50,268 bases of DNA from Myxococcota bacterium (GTDB lineage: Bacteria; Myxococcota; UBA4151): positions 1 through 50,268 of the forward strand of contig JBDQPD010000009.1 in the NCBI GenBank assembly GCA_040260805.1, written 5' to 3'. Below the pieces are notes generated by a model. It saw only the letters and a list, made by a program, of their open reading frames with translations. It did no database searches and was not told where the DNA came from. This document shows, one piece after another, positions 19,542 through 29,612 of this stretch (positions within the stretch are counted from its first letter, which is position 1; each line of letters begins with the position of its first letter). Both the position numbers and the translations under genes were made by a program.

Positions 19542-19542
19542 T

Positions 19543-20025
19543 CTAGTCACCTTCAGGGACAGACTCGAGACCTAAACGGATCCTCGGGTTCTCTGCGCCG
19601 CGCAAGGCTTCGATCTGTCGCTCCACGACCGTGGTCAGATCAAAGAAAATCTCGCCCTGCCAGCGCTCACCGCAGCGAATACGCACACGATCGATCCAGC
19701 GATCTCCACCCACCAACTCCTGACTTTGAACCTCAACGGGTTTGCCGCAGGGTGGATGATCGACCCAGGTGCGAGCGAACCCGAGCTCGGCGATGCTCGC
19801 GGGTCCATCGTTGACGATGACCGGCGCCTCTTGAGTACCCAAACCCGCTTTTAGCCAGAGCCCTTGCGGCGTCTCAACCAACTGATCCGGCGGCGCTTTA
19901 ATCGTTAAAACGACCTCGTTCGGACCTGAATTTTCAACGACGACGGGAGCCACAGGAGCCGGCTTCTCTTCTTTAGCTGGACAGCCGCAGACCACTAAAA
20001 CGCTGAGCAACCCAACCCATCTCAT
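19543..20025 (-). CDS. Hypothetical lipoprotein
   Basis: Signal VLVVCGC; start overlaps the tyrS stop. Confidence 0.65.
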   Translation of the reverse strand: MRWVGLLSVLVVCGCPAKEEKPAPVAPVVVENSGPNEVVLTIKAPPDQLVETPQGLWLKAGLGTQEAPVIVNDGPASIAELGFARTWVDHPPCGKPVEVQSQELVGGDRWIDRVRIRCGERWQGEIFFDLTTVVERQIEALRGAENPRIRLGLESVPEGD

Positions 20026-21266
20026 TGTGGCTTGATCCGAAAGAAGCGCCGTTTACCGACACGCAAAACCCACTCGGTCTTGGGCACTTCAGCGAAGGGG
20101 TCGTCAGCGACCTCACCATCGATGCGCACCCCGCGACCTTGGACCAAGCGCCGAGCTTCTCCTCTCGACTTAGCTGCTCCCGCCTCAACAAGGCACGCCA
20201 GATAGTCTGAATCGGCTGAAACCACAGCCTCAGGCAGATCATCGGGCAAGGCATCTTTGTCATGCGAAATCCGCTCAAACTCAGACCGCTCATGGGCGCC
20301 CGATGAATCACCGTGAAACCGGGCTGTGATTTCTTGGGCTAGATCGAGCTTGGCACTTTTGGGGTGCAGCGACCCGTTCGAAACCTTAGCTTTCAACGCA
20401 TCGATCTGGGCTAAACTGCGCTCACTGAGGAGCTCATAATAGCGCCACATCAGCGGATCGCAGATGCGCATCATCTTGCCGAACTGATCTCGCGCCGGTT
20501 CATCCACACCAATGGCATTGCCCAATGACTTACTCATCTTTGCGCCTACCACGCCGTCACCATCGGCCTGGGCGTCGATTCCCTCAAGTAAAGGGTTGGT
20601 CATCACGATCTGCGGCGGCAACGCGCTGCCACGCTCCATCTCTTGCTTCATCAGCGTTCGACCGAGCAAAAGATTGAAGAGTTGGTCATCACCGCCGAGC
20701 TCGACGTCCGCTTTGAGCATCACCGAATCCCAAGCCTGAACCAGAGGGTATAAGAATTCGTGAATAGCGATGCTTTGACCCGACTTGTAGCGCTTATCAA
20801 AATCGTCGCGCTCGAGCATTCGAGCCACTGGGTAACGACTCGCCAAAGCGATGAGCTCAGACGCCGGCATGGCACCAAACCACTCCGAATTGAACCGAAC
20901 CTCAGTCTTTTCAGGGTCTAAAATCTTAAAGACCTGTTCTTTGTAGGTCTGTGCATTTTGTCGAATATCTTCGGTGGTCAATGGCGGGCGGGTCTTTGAG
21001 CGCCCTGTCGGGTCGCCGATCATGGCGGTAAAATCACCGATCAGAAAGATCGCTGTGTGACCAAGGTCTTGAAATCGCTTCATGCGCTGAAGCAGCACCG
21101 TATGCCCAAGATGCAGATCAGGTGCGGTGGGGTCAAACCCTGCTTTAACGCGAAGCGGAACGCCTGTTTTTTCTGACTTTTCCAGGCGTTTGAGCAGCCC
21201 GTCTTCGCTGTGAAGACTGACGCAGCCTCGACTGAGTTCTGCCACTTGGTCGGACAAGCTGAGCAT
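20022..21266 (-). CDS. tyrS: Tyrosine--tRNA ligase
   Basis: [29 protein letters not shown]-terminal S4 domain; start ATG 21266. Confidence 0.97.
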   Translation of the reverse strand: MLSLSDQVAELSRGCVSLHSEDGLLKRLEKSEKTGVPLRVKAGFDPTAPDLHLGHTVLLQRMKRFQDLGHTAIFLIGDFTAMIGDPTGRSKTRPPLTTEDIRQNAQTYKEQVFKILDPEKTEVRFNSEWFGAMPASELIALASRYPVARMLERDDFDKRYKSGQSIAIHEFLYPLVQAWDSVMLKADVELGGDDQLFNLLLGRTLMKQEMERGSALPPQIVMTNPLLEGIDAQADGDGVVGAKMSKSLGNAIGVDEPARDQFGKMMRICDPLMWRYYELLSERSLAQIDALKAKVSNGSLHPKSAKLDLAQEITARFHGDSSGAHERSEFERISHDKDALPDDLPEAVVSADSDYLACLVEAGAAKSRGEARRLVQGRGVRIDGEVADDPFAEVPKTEWVLRVGKRRFFRIKPQ

Positions 21267-21279
21267 TGGCAAAAGCTCC

Positions 21280-22806
21280 CTACATCGCCGTTTCGCTGAT
21301 GCGCGTCTCGCGCACCACATGAACCCGAACTTCACCCATCGTATCCGCTTGCTCTTCGATTCGTCGAGCTAAGCGCTGCGCGAGCGCAAGCAGGCGACCT
21401 TCAGCGACTCGCTCTGGATCGACCAACACCCGAATCTCACGCCCCGCCTGAACCGCATGAGCGCTGCGCACGCCCTCTTCTGAGGACGCAAGCTCTTCGA
21501 GGTACGCCAGGCGTTCGACGGCTTTGCCGAGCTGCTCATGACGTGCACCGGGTCTGCTCTCAGCCAAGTTCAAAGCAGCCGATACAATCATACCGGCGAC
21601 AGACTTGGGGTCTTCATCGCTTGCGACGTCTTGAAGCGCCGCAAGCACCAACTTACTCTCGCCATGCTTCGCCGCTAAATCGGACGTCACACGGGAAGAG
21701 CTTCCCTCATGATGGTGATCCGCCGCTCGACCGACCAGCGCCAACAAACCAGCCCGTCGAACCGTTTTCGGCGGTTGCCCCAAAGCCTCGGCGATCAGCT
21801 CTGCGAGATGCGCAGTGTTGACCGCAAGCGATAGCTGATTTTGACCCATCACCTGATGCAAGTGAAGTCGCCCTAACAAGAGCAATAAAGAGGGATTAAC
21901 ACCATGAACGCCAACCTCTGCAGCGGCGTCTTCACCGCGTTGGCGACTGGTTTTATCTAAGTTTGCGCTGGCTTTTTTGACCGACTCTTCAATCCGAGAG
22001 GGATGAATACGACCATCATCGATGAGCCGCTCAAGGGCGATCCGAGCCACCTCGCGACGCACCGGATTAAAGCAGCTCAGCGTAATCAACTCGGGCGTGT
22101 CATCGATGATCACGTCGACACCCGTAGCCTGCTCAAAGGCTTGGATGTTGCGGCCTTCACGCCCGATGATCCGGCCTTTGGATTCGTCATTGGGCAGATG
22201 GACCGGGGTGGTCGTAATCTCAGCGACTGTTTCCGAGCCATACCGAAAGACCGCCTTCGCAAGGACTTTGGCTGTCTCTTCTTTGAGGTTATCAGCGACT
22301 TGCTGCTGCAGTCGGCGAATCTCACCCGCTGCTCGCTGCTCGGCTTCGGACATCAGCTGAGACTCAAGCCGAGCGAGCGCTTCTTCTTGGGTCAGGTTTG
22401 CCACACGCTCGAGCGCCGCATTGAGCTCTTTTTCTTGGTCCAATATCCGCGCCTCAAGCTGGGTAAGACGGGTCTCTTTCTTACCTAAAGATTGCTCCTC
22501 ACTGATCAACTTGTTGCGATCGGTATCAAGCTTCGTCTTTTGGTCTTTGAGCTGCTTTTCTTGACTCTGCAGTTCTGCGCGCTCTGCGCGTGCCTCTTTG
22601 ATGCTCTGCTTGAGTTCATCCTCAGCTGCTTGTTGCTCGGCGGCTAAATCGTCCCGTAGCTGATCGAGCTGGCGATCACGTTCCGCTTTGAGCTTTTCCA
22701 AACGTTTTTGAGCACCTTCAAGGCGAACTTTTGCTTTGCGAGAGGCGACGAAGAGCCCAAGGCCGATACCTAAAGCTAATGCGACTGCTGCGACGACCAT
22801 CTGCAT
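21280..22806 (-). CDS. rny: Ribonuclease Y homolog with degenerate HD domain
   Basis: N-terminal TM anchor, coiled coil, KH motif [38 protein letters not shown]; synteny with zapA-6S-ygfA; HD ligands replaced. Confidence 0.92.
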   Translation of the reverse strand: MQMVVAAVALALGIGLGLFVASRKAKVRLEGAQKRLEKLKAERDRQLDQLRDDLAAEQQAAEDELKQSIKEARAERAELQSQEKQLKDQKTKLDTDRNKLISEEQSLGKKETRLTQLEARILDQEKELNAALERVANLTQEEALARLESQLMSEAEQRAAGEIRRLQQQVADNLKEETAKVLAKAVFRYGSETVAEITTTPVHLPNDESKGRIIGREGRNIQAFEQATGVDVIIDDTPELITLSCFNPVRREVARIALERLIDDGRIHPSRIEESVKKASANLDKTSRQRGEDAAAEVGVHGVNPSLLLLLGRLHLHQVMGQNQLSLAVNTAHLAELIAEALGQPPKTVRRAGLLALVGRAADHHHEGSSSRVTSDLAAKHGESKLVLAALQDVASDEDPKSVAGMIVSAALNLAESRPGARHEQLGKAVERLAYLEELASSEEGVRSAHAVQAGREIRVLVDPERVAEGRLLALAQRLARRIEEQADTMGEVRVHVVRETRISETAM

Positions 22807-23353
22807 GGTCTAACTCCTTTGTTTCGGTGACGTAGATCTGACCTTCCGTCAAAACGACATCCACCGAGTAATCTAAGGAGGTTTTCGGAATTTGATCATA
22901 GATTCCAGCGGAATCTGTCACGCCCACGGTGAGAGCTTGCGAGCCGTCAAGATAACGATCGTAAAACCCTTTGCCCCGACCCAATCGATCACCGGACGCA
23001 CTAAACGCTAACCCGGGGACCAAAATAAGATCAGGGTCAACCACCGCAGCCGCAGCAGGAGGTTCGAGAATCCCCCGCCAGCCTGAGACCAGTTCTGCCT
23101 GCGTACAGGCATGAAAAACTAAGTCCTCGCCGTCCACCCTGGGCCACGCTGTGATCCCTGCGTCCTCCGTCAAAACGGGCTCGCCAGGTAGCGCAGCGAA
23201 ACCAGCGACCTCAAGAGGTCGATGCGTTGGAACCGGCAGCTGCTCTCGCAGCCAACGACCGATCTCGGCACCGATTTGGCGCCAGTAGGTCTCGTCTTTT
23301 TCCGCTCGACGAGCTCGCTCTCGAGTTCGCAAAGCCTGCTTTCGGACCTGCAT
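22718..23353 (-). CDS. ygfA: 5-formyltetrahydrofolate cyclo-ligase
   Basis: PDLILVPGLAF, RLGRGKGFYDRYL; immediately downstream of the 6S RNA. Confidence 0.92.
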   Translation of the reverse strand: MQVRKQALRTRERARRAEKDETYWRQIGAEIGRWLREQLPVPTHRPLEVAGFAALPGEPVLTEDAGITAWPRVDGEDLVFHACTQAELVSGWRGILEPPAAAAVVDPDLILVPGLAFSASGDRLGRGKGFYDRYLDGSQALTVGVTDSAGIYDQIPKTSLDYSVDVVLTEGQIYVTETKELDHADGRRSSRISFRYRPWALRRLSQSKSSP

Positions 23354-23390
23354 TGTCGGTGTGCGCCGAACCCATCCGGCGATCGTTCCA

Positions 23391-23589
23391 AATCTGGTGT
23401 AAGCGAACCGAAGGACCCAAACTGCTTGATGTACAACCTGGTGCTCTCGACCTGCTGCAGCAGGTGGGTGTCAGAGGAGGCGCTTCTGGTACGTTTCCCG
23501 CAGGAAACCAATCACTCCACGCCTTTCAAACCAACTCCCAAGAAAGTAAATGCGGCCGGATCCACTCTGTGTGGCCACACACCAAGACA
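23391..23589 (-). ncRNA. ssrS: 6S RNA
   Basis: About 200-nt gap between zapA and ygfA (canonical synteny). The minus strand folds into a long rod: TGGTGT pairs with ACACCA, GGATCC with GGGTCC and AGGCG with CGCCT; a CACCCACCTG..CAGGT element flanks the central bubble. Ends approximate. Confidence 0.85.
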
Positions 23590-23592
23590 GTT

Positions 23593-23907
23593 CTAAATGG
23601 GCCCCCCAGAATCTGTGATCAACTCTTCAAGTTGCCGGCGAACTGAACCCAGCTCACCGGACGCCTCCTCAATCATCCTCCGCGCCTCAGAACGATGGTT
23701 TTCGTACGTGAGGCAGATGGTGAAAAGAGCCTGGACCAGTTGGGTACTGGTCGGCCCTCCATCACTGCTTCCTTTATTGGCGGCAAGCAGCCGTCCGAGA
23801 ACTTCATTGGCTCGATCCGCAGCAGCGACCAATGCACCCTCAGAGTGGTTCCCCACCTGAACACGCAATCGACGACTGCCTACCTTGACTTCGAGCTTCT
23901 GACCCAT
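23593..23907 (-). CDS. zapA: Cell division protein ZapA-like
   Basis: N-terminal beta-hairpin (LEVKVGSRRLRV), helix, C-terminal coiled coil; AGGAG RBS before ATG 23907; upstream of 6S RNA. Confidence 0.7.
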   Translation of the reverse strand: MGQKLEVKVGSRRLRVQVGNHSEGALVAAADRANEVLGRLLAANKGSSDGGPTSTQLVQALFTICLTYENHRSEARRMIEEASGELGSVRRQLEELITDSGGPI

Positions 23908-23997
23908 CGAGCGACTCCTACCGCTTGTGCTCACCGTAACGCCCTGTTTCTTTCAAGGTCAACCGTGCGCTTCAGGCTATTTCAAATCAGCGAAATT

Positions 23998-25452
23998 TTA
24001 CGGCGTTTCACCAAACGACTCAAAGAGCGCTTCGACAAACTCGTGAGGGATGAATCGACGCAAATCCTCCACCCCTTCACCCACACCGATGTATTGCACT
24101 GGAATTTTGAGTTCATCGCAGATGCCTGCAATGACCCCACCCCGTGCGGTTCCATCAAGCTTGGTCAGGATGATCCCATCGACAGGAATCGCCTCAACGA
24201 AGGTGCGCGCTTGAGCGATCGCGTTTTGACCGATGGTCGCATCGAGCACCAAAATCACCTCGTGCGGGGCGCCCTCATAAGCCTTGCCCATCACGCGGTG
24301 CATCTTCTTGAGCTCATCCATGAGTTCAGCGCGCGTATGCAAACGCCCCGCCGTATCGCAGAGCACCAGATCAAAGCCCTCGTCCGTGCCTCGCTTGACC
24401 GTGTCAAAGAGGACTGAGCTTGGGTCCACGTTGTCGGCGCCTCGAACCATCGGGCAGTCGGTCCGATCGGCCCAGACCTGGAGCTGGTCCACCGCTGCGG
24501 CGCGGAAGGTGTCGCCCGCACCCAGAATGACCGAATGGCCCTCCGACTTTGCCCAATGCGCTAGCTTACCCATGCTCGTCGTTTTGCCCACGCCGTTGAC
24601 ACCGACCAACATCACCACCTTGGACTCACCACCGCCTAAGCCATCGAGCAGGCTTGGCGCCGTGAGATCAACCACCTCGGTCAACGCCTCACGCAGCGCC
24701 GCAAAGACCTGATCCGGTGTTTTGAGTCGGTCACGGCGACGGCGCTCTTTAAGCTCTTCGAGTAAACGGTCAGCCGTTCGTGCGCCGATGTCGGAGGTGA
24801 ACAAGATCGCCTCGAGATCATCCATCATGGCGTCGTCGATAGCGGCACCGCCCGAGAGCAAACCCCCGATTTTACCCAAGAACCCGCTGCGCGTTTTACT
24901 CAAGCCGATACGGTATGCGGCGCGGCGCTCCGCCTCAAAACTTGTCCTTTGCTCAGCCAGATCATCCTGACGAGCGCTCAAGGCCCGCTCGGCTTCTTCT
25001 TCCCGCTCCAGCTTACGTGCGGCTCGCGCCTCAATGTCGGCTAGTTTCTTCGCCTCAAACTGCTCTTTCTTTGCCGCCTCCAGCGCAAGCTTTTGAAGTC
25101 GAACGGTTTCGGGATCCGGCTCCGGCTCAGCGGTCTCGTCGACGACTTCAGACTCTTGCCCCTCCGATGAGGTTTGGGGCTCAACCTGCGCGCCATCCAG
25201 AGGCGCCTCTTCAGCCTGCGCCGTGGGCACAGCCATAAGAGTTTCACGTGCAATTCTCGCGGCAGCTGCAGGGTCATACAGCTGGTCGTCGTAGCGCCCC
25301 GGTTGCTCCACAGAGCCCCCGCGTCGCATCATGACGAGCACCCCGATGATCAAGGCGACCACCACCACAGCCACCGCCACCCAGGTCCAATCGACAGCAG
25401 GCTGAGCTGCTGCTGCTGCTGCTGCTGCTGAGGTGTTCATCAAAATAATCAC
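23998..25452 (-). CDS. ftsY: SRP receptor FtsY with N-terminal TM helix
   Basis: GLSKTR, GVNGVGKTTS, DTFRAAA, DTAGRLH, TKLDGTARGG, GVGEGVEDL. Confidence 0.96.
   Translation of the reverse strand: MIILMNTSAAAAAAAAQPAVDWTWVAVAVVVVALIIGVLVMMRRGGSVEQPGRYDDQLYDPAAAARIARETLMAVPTAQAEEAPLDGAQVEPQTSSEGQESEVVDETAEPEPDPETVRLQKLALEAAKKEQFEAKKLADIEARAARKLEREEEAERALSARQDDLAEQRTSFEAERRAAYRIGLSKTRSGFLGKIGGLLSGGAAIDDAMMDDLEAILFTSDIGARTADRLLEELKERRRRDRLKTPDQVFAALREALTEVVDLTAPSLLDGLGGGESKVVMLVGVNGVGKTTSMGKLAHWAKSEGHSVILGAGDTFRAAAVDQLQVWADRTDCPMVRGADNVDPSSVLFDTVKRGTDEGFDLVLCDTAGRLHTRAELMDELKKMHRVMGKAYEGAPHEVILVLDATIGQNAIAQARTFVEAIPVDGIILTKLDGTARGGVIAGICDELKIPVQYIGVGEGVEDLRRFIPHEFVEALFESFGETP
25406..25429. repeat. 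(GCT)8 trinucleotide run encoding poly-Ala at the FtsY N-terminus
   Basis: Eight perfect GCT units read directly from the sequence. Confidence 0.9.
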
Positions 25453-26327
25453 GACCGAGGCCCTTTGCGGTCAACACGCGGCTCGAACCGACGCAAAGTC
25501 CCTTCGGTCCTTGGGGTTCCGCTCAGTTCTGCGAGCTCAGGGCGGTCACGCAGCGCATCGAAAAAGCGGTCGGCTTGCAAGAGGCGCCGAATACCCTCAT
25601 GTCCGCTGTCGAGTGCCTTTTGCAGATACTTGAGCGCGTCACCCGTTTCTCCGCGTCCCGCGGCTACCGCCGCACGGTAATACGCAAACCCGGGATGGGC
25701 GGGCTCTAAACGCTCGCCTTGGTCGAGCACCTTTTCGGCTTCATCAACAAAGCCTTGATGCAAGTAGGCAGCAGCTAAGTCGACCGCTAGCTCGGCCGTC
25801 GGCCCCTCGAGCTCCATCGCTCGACGAAGCGGGCGAACGGCTGCCGACCAATCACCAAGCTCAATATTCAGGCGGCCCATTTCCATCCAGGCGTCCCAGT
25901 AGCCAGGCTCGATCTCCAGCGCGCGTTCGACCTCTTTAAGCGCGTCGCGGAACCGACCCAGATCCGATAAGGTCATCGCCCGCTCGAGAATAACGAGCGC
26001 CGGAAACTCATGCTGAGCCTCGGTCCGATCAAACAAATCCATAGCCACATGCAAGCCGTCGATCGCCAGGAACTGGCCTAATCGAAGCTTGAGATCCGCG
26101 TGCTCAGGCACGCGGCGGTGTGCATCGACGAGCACCTGCAAGGCCTCGATCATCTGGGACTGGCGAGCGTAGGTCTCGGCATTGAGCAGGATCAACTCGA
26201 GATGATTGGGATGCAACACGCAGGCATCATCAAGGACCCGGCGCGCTTCATCAAACCACTCCCGCTCCAAGAGCTTGCGCACGGTGGCGACTGCGCGGCC
26301 TGCCAGATCCGGTGTTTCATCAGTCAT
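25449..26327 (-). CDS. Tetratricopeptide repeat protein
   Basis: Repeated A..LG...EA......AL...P helices; C-terminal AYYRAA..A..G...DAL.YL..AL..G; start ATG 26327. Confidence 0.88.
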   Translation of the reverse strand: MTDETPDLAGRAVATVRKLLEREWFDEARRVLDDACVLHPNHLELILLNAETYARQSQMIEALQVLVDAHRRVPEHADLKLRLGQFLAIDGLHVAMDLFDRTEAQHEFPALVILERAMTLSDLGRFRDALKEVERALEIEPGYWDAWMEMGRLNIELGDWSAAVRPLRRAMELEGPTAELAVDLAAAYLHQGFVDEAEKVLDQGERLEPAHPGFAYYRAAVAAGRGETGDALKYLQKALDSGHEGIRRLLQADRFFDALRDRPELAELSGTPRTEGTLRRFEPRVDRKGPRS

Positions 26328-26467
26328 CGCGCACCCCCAGTCGGGGGCCCAGGTACTCCGCACACCCCTAGGGTGCAACGGTGGTTTTTGACGAGACTAC
26401 GGGAAACGACGGATAGCGCAGCCTAACGTTTTAGCGTCACAATGCGCATACAGAGTACGGAGGGCAG

Positions 26468-27757
26468 ATGGTTCGGGCTTGGCCAACGCTATTGATCGCG
26501 CTTGTCGCCTGCGGCGGCGAAGAGGCCGCGCCGACCACGGAGGGGCCGGTCTACTGCGTGGAACAAGCAGACTGCGCCTCAGGGTTTGCCTGCGACTCCT
26601 GGACCGGTCTTTGCGTCTGCGCCTCATCGGGCGTTTGCCCAGACCAACAAATCTGCAACCCATATTCTGGGGTGTGCGAAGTACAAAACGATCGGTGTGC
26701 GAGCGATACAGCCTGCGCGCCGAGCGAATATTGTTCAGCCGATGGCCAATGCGCTCAGCGCAAAGGATTGTGCAAACCTTGCGAGCGCTCCAACGAATGT
26801 GGTGGGGCTAACGATCTTTGCTTACCCGGCGGTGCTTGCGGTACCGATTGCAGCCAAGATGAGAACGCCTGCCCGCCAGGCTCCGTATGCTGGCCCTTTG
26901 ACAACGCCTCGCAATGCGTCCCTGCCTTGGGCGATTGCTCCGTGCCCCCGCGCTGCCGCGCCGACTCGGATTGTCCTCCCGGTAACGTCTGCACCGAAGG
27001 CGCCTGTCAGGCGACCTGTCAACGAGACAGCGATTGCCCGGCGCAGTGGCGATGCCTGGACCAGCTCTGCCACCCGCCCGCAAGCTGCGAAGACGATGCT
27101 GCCTGCTCACAAGGCACCATTTGCCAAGCGGGGCGCTGCCTGCCCGGCTGCGCAGACAACGCCAACTGCCCCTTGGGCGAAACCTGCCAAGAAGGTCGGT
27201 GCCAGCAAGGCTGTGATGCCCACGCCGACTGCCCTTTGGATCGAGCCTGCCAAGCCGGTCAGTGCGTTGATGAAATCTGCATGGGCAATGACTGCTCCTT
27301 AGCCTGCCAAGTCGATTTATTCTGCGGTCCGGGTCGCCATTGTGACCGGCGCCAAGGGCGCTGCCGAGACGGACTGCCTGGTGGTCTTTGTGTGGCTTGT
27401 AATCAGATGGTCGCCGGTCAATGCGGCAACGGGTTATGTCTTGGAACCGCCACGCGACGAGCCTGCACTGGCGACCGCGACTGCGCTGGAGGCGGCGAGT
27501 ATTGCGACCGGGCATATGGCTGCTTTCGGGATCGTGAATGCCCACAAGGACAGAGCTGTCTTGATGCCAACATCGCACAGAACCAAGCGGGTCGTTGCAG
27601 CGGCGGCACCTGCTCTAACTTTCGCTGCGCGACGCCTTGCGAAGCAGGCGCCGGGAGTTGCCCGGTAGGATTTGCCTGCGAAGAGGTCCGTCGAGCGGGC
27701 GGCGGCAGCGTCTTGGGGACCTATTGCCAACCCGAGGATGGTGAGTTCTGTCCGTGA
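26468..27757 (+). CDS. Cys-rich repeat lipoprotein (Dickkopf-N-like C..D.DC..G..C..G.C repeats)
   Basis: Lipobox ALVAC; tandem CxxDxDCPxGxxCxxGxC units along the whole protein. Confidence 0.85.
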   Translation: MVRAWPTLLIALVACGGEEAAPTTEGPVYCVEQADCASGFACDSWTGLCVCASSGVCPDQQICNPYSGVCEVQNDRCASDTACAPSEYCSADGQCAQRKGLCKPCERSNECGGANDLCLPGGACGTDCSQDENACPPGSVCWPFDNASQCVPALGDCSVPPRCRADSDCPPGNVCTEGACQATCQRDSDCPAQWRCLDQLCHPPASCEDDAACSQGTICQAGRCLPGCADNANCPLGETCQEGRCQQGCDAHADCPLDRACQAGQCVDEICMGNDCSLACQVDLFCGPGRHCDRRQGRCRDGLPGGLCVACNQMVAGQCGNGLCLGTATRRACTGDRDCAGGGEYCDRAYGCFRDRECPQGQSCLDANIAQNQAGRCSGGTCSNFRCATPCEAGAGSCPVGFACEEVRRAGGGSVLGTYCQPEDGEFCP

Positions 27758-28536
27758 ACCGTTCGACCTTAGCGTCTCGTTCCCACGGCAGCGGGCAGCC
27801 GGTCATCTACTTGCACGGTTTCTTCAGCGATGGGCGACTATGGGATCCGGTGATCCGCGAGCTAGGAGACGAGTTTCATCAGCTGACGGTCGATTTACCG
27901 GGTCACGGTGGCTCAAGCGGCTGGCGGGGTGGCTGGTCGGAGTTAATTTTCGCTCTGGATGAGCTGGTCCGTTCACTCGATCAGCCGCCGGTCATCATGG
28001 GCTATTCGATGGGCGCTCGGGTGCTCCGTCAGCTGCTTTTGAAGCCCGGACCCAAGCTGCATTCGGCGCATCTAGTTGCAGCTCATCCGGGCCTCGAAGC
28101 CCAAACGGCTCAAGAGCGCCGACGTCGCGATCAGCGACTAGCCGATAAGCTGGCGAGTCAACCGCTTGAAGAATCGGTGCGACAGTGGAGCAGCCTGCCC
28201 ATCTTCTCGGGTCAAGAGCGAGCCGGCGAGGGCAGCCTTGAACGCCAAGAAAGCCTCAGGCGACAGCAGAACCCTGAGGGCTTAGCCTTTGCGCTTCGAG
28301 CCTTGGGTTCGGGGACCTGCGGAGCGGGTGGAGCGCCCGCACGCAACGCTCCGATCCAATTGATCTGCGGTGACCGACTCCAACAAGATCAAGACCGCAC
28401 TCAAGCCTTAGCGGATCAATGGCCTCGGGCTCGTGTGACCTGGCTTGAAGGGATTGGGCACAACCCAATCCTCGAAGATCCCTCCGCTTTATCAGCACAT
28501 TTAAAGCGCTTTCTTCGGGCGAGTGCAAAGACCTGA
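27754..28536 (+). CDS. menH: MenH-like alpha/beta hydrolase (SHCHC synthase)
   Basis: LHGF, DLPGHG, GYSMGAR, HPGL...RR..D..LA, GHN; adjacent to a menC-like gene. Confidence 0.75.
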   Translation: MNRSTLASRSHGSGQPVIYLHGFFSDGRLWDPVIRELGDEFHQLTVDLPGHGGSSGWRGGWSELIFALDELVRSLDQPPVIMGYSMGARVLRQLLLKPGPKLHSAHLVAAHPGLEAQTAQERRRRDQRLADKLASQPLEESVRQWSSLPIFSGQERAGEGSLERQESLRRQQNPEGLAFALRALGSGTCGAGGAPARNAPIQLICGDRLQQDQDRTQALADQWPRARVTWLEGIGHNPILEDPSALSAHLKRFLRASAKT

Positions 28537-28583
28537 GCGGGGCGAGACTTGGCAGAATGCGCCTGAAGGCATAGCCATGGCAT

Positions 28584-29612
28584 ATGGCTTCACATGACCT
28601 CCTTGACCGATACGATGAAGAGGACGCTGCAGAGCGCTATTATTCGATGCGTCTGCGCCATGCGCTACCGACAGCTCAAGGTATTTTCGAAGCCTTTGAA
28701 GGGCGCTGGGTCTACGCCTTTGGCAGCGACACTCACGCCCCCTTTGGTGTTGGCGATGCGCCGATTTTACCTGGCTTTGAATCGGCGCAAAACCAGGTCG
28801 ATGACTTTGGCTGCGAGACGGCTGAATTTGTCAAAGCGGCTCACGAAGCCGAGTTGCCCTTGTATGCGCACCTGGTGAACTTGTTCATGGGCGGCTCGAT
28901 GCCGCCTCCTATGCACAGCGTGGCGATTCATGAAACCTGCAGTTTAGGTCAAAGCATGGCCGCAGCCGCTCGCGCTCGCCTGCGCGGGATCAACACGCTC
29001 AAGGTTAAAGTGGATCCCGACTCGGCCCTCGAACAAAGCCTAAAATCGCTCGAGCGCTTGCGAGACACGTACCCGGGCATCGCCCTGCGGATTGATCTGG
29101 CTGGCGCGATGAATGAGGTCCTAGAGTTGGGTCAGGACCCTTTGCCGTGGCTGGAGCGCTTTGCTGCGCTCAAGGTCGAATACCTCGAGGACCCGGTCCG
29201 CTCCGATCTGATCGATCTACTGCCCGAGGGCGTCGTCGATCTTGGGCTCGATCTGGTGACGACAAGCTTTGAACGTGCGCTCGAGACGGTCGAGCGAGGG
29301 CAGATTCAAGTCTTGGTGCTCAAGCCGCACCTGTGCGGTTCGTTCGGCAAAACCTTTGCGCTCGCTCGCACCGCTCGAGCGCGAGGCGTGAAGGTGGTTC
29401 TTTCCAGCCTTTATGACTCGCCCGTCGGGATCGCCACCTTACTCCATCTGTGCGTTGCCCTCGGCTTGGACAGCACAGCACACGGTCTCAATACGCTGAG
29501 CTTGATTTACCCTCACCCTTGCGCAGAACTTAGACCCCAGCGAGACGGCCGGATCCTGATCCCGCGTGGGCCGGGTCTGGGTTTACCAGCGGGTGCTTGG
29601 ATGCCCGAATGA
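28584..29612 (+). CDS. menC: Enolase-superfamily enzyme, o-succinylbenzoate synthase-like
   Basis: TLKVKV (KxK), LRID, YLEDP, VLKP..CG, VVLSS.YDS.VG, AHGLNT. Confidence 0.7.
   Translation: MASHDLLDRYDEEDAAERYYSMRLRHALPTAQGIFEAFEGRWVYAFGSDTHAPFGVGDAPILPGFESAQNQVDDFGCETAEFVKAAHEAELPLYAHLVNLFMGGSMPPPMHSVAIHETCSLGQSMAAAARARLRGINTLKVKVDPDSALEQSLKSLERLRDTYPGIALRIDLAGAMNEVLELGQDPLPWLERFAALKVEYLEDPVRSDLIDLLPEGVVDLGLDLVTTSFERALETVERGQIQVLVLKPHLCGSFGKTFALARTARARGVKVVLSSLYDSPVGIATLLHLCVALGLDSTAHGLNTLSLIYPHPCAELRPQRDGRILIPRGPGLGLPAGAWMPE

Noticed and set aside
23170..23646. Several short ORFs between ygfA and zapA
   Set aside because: Better explained by the 6S RNA and overlaps with real genes.
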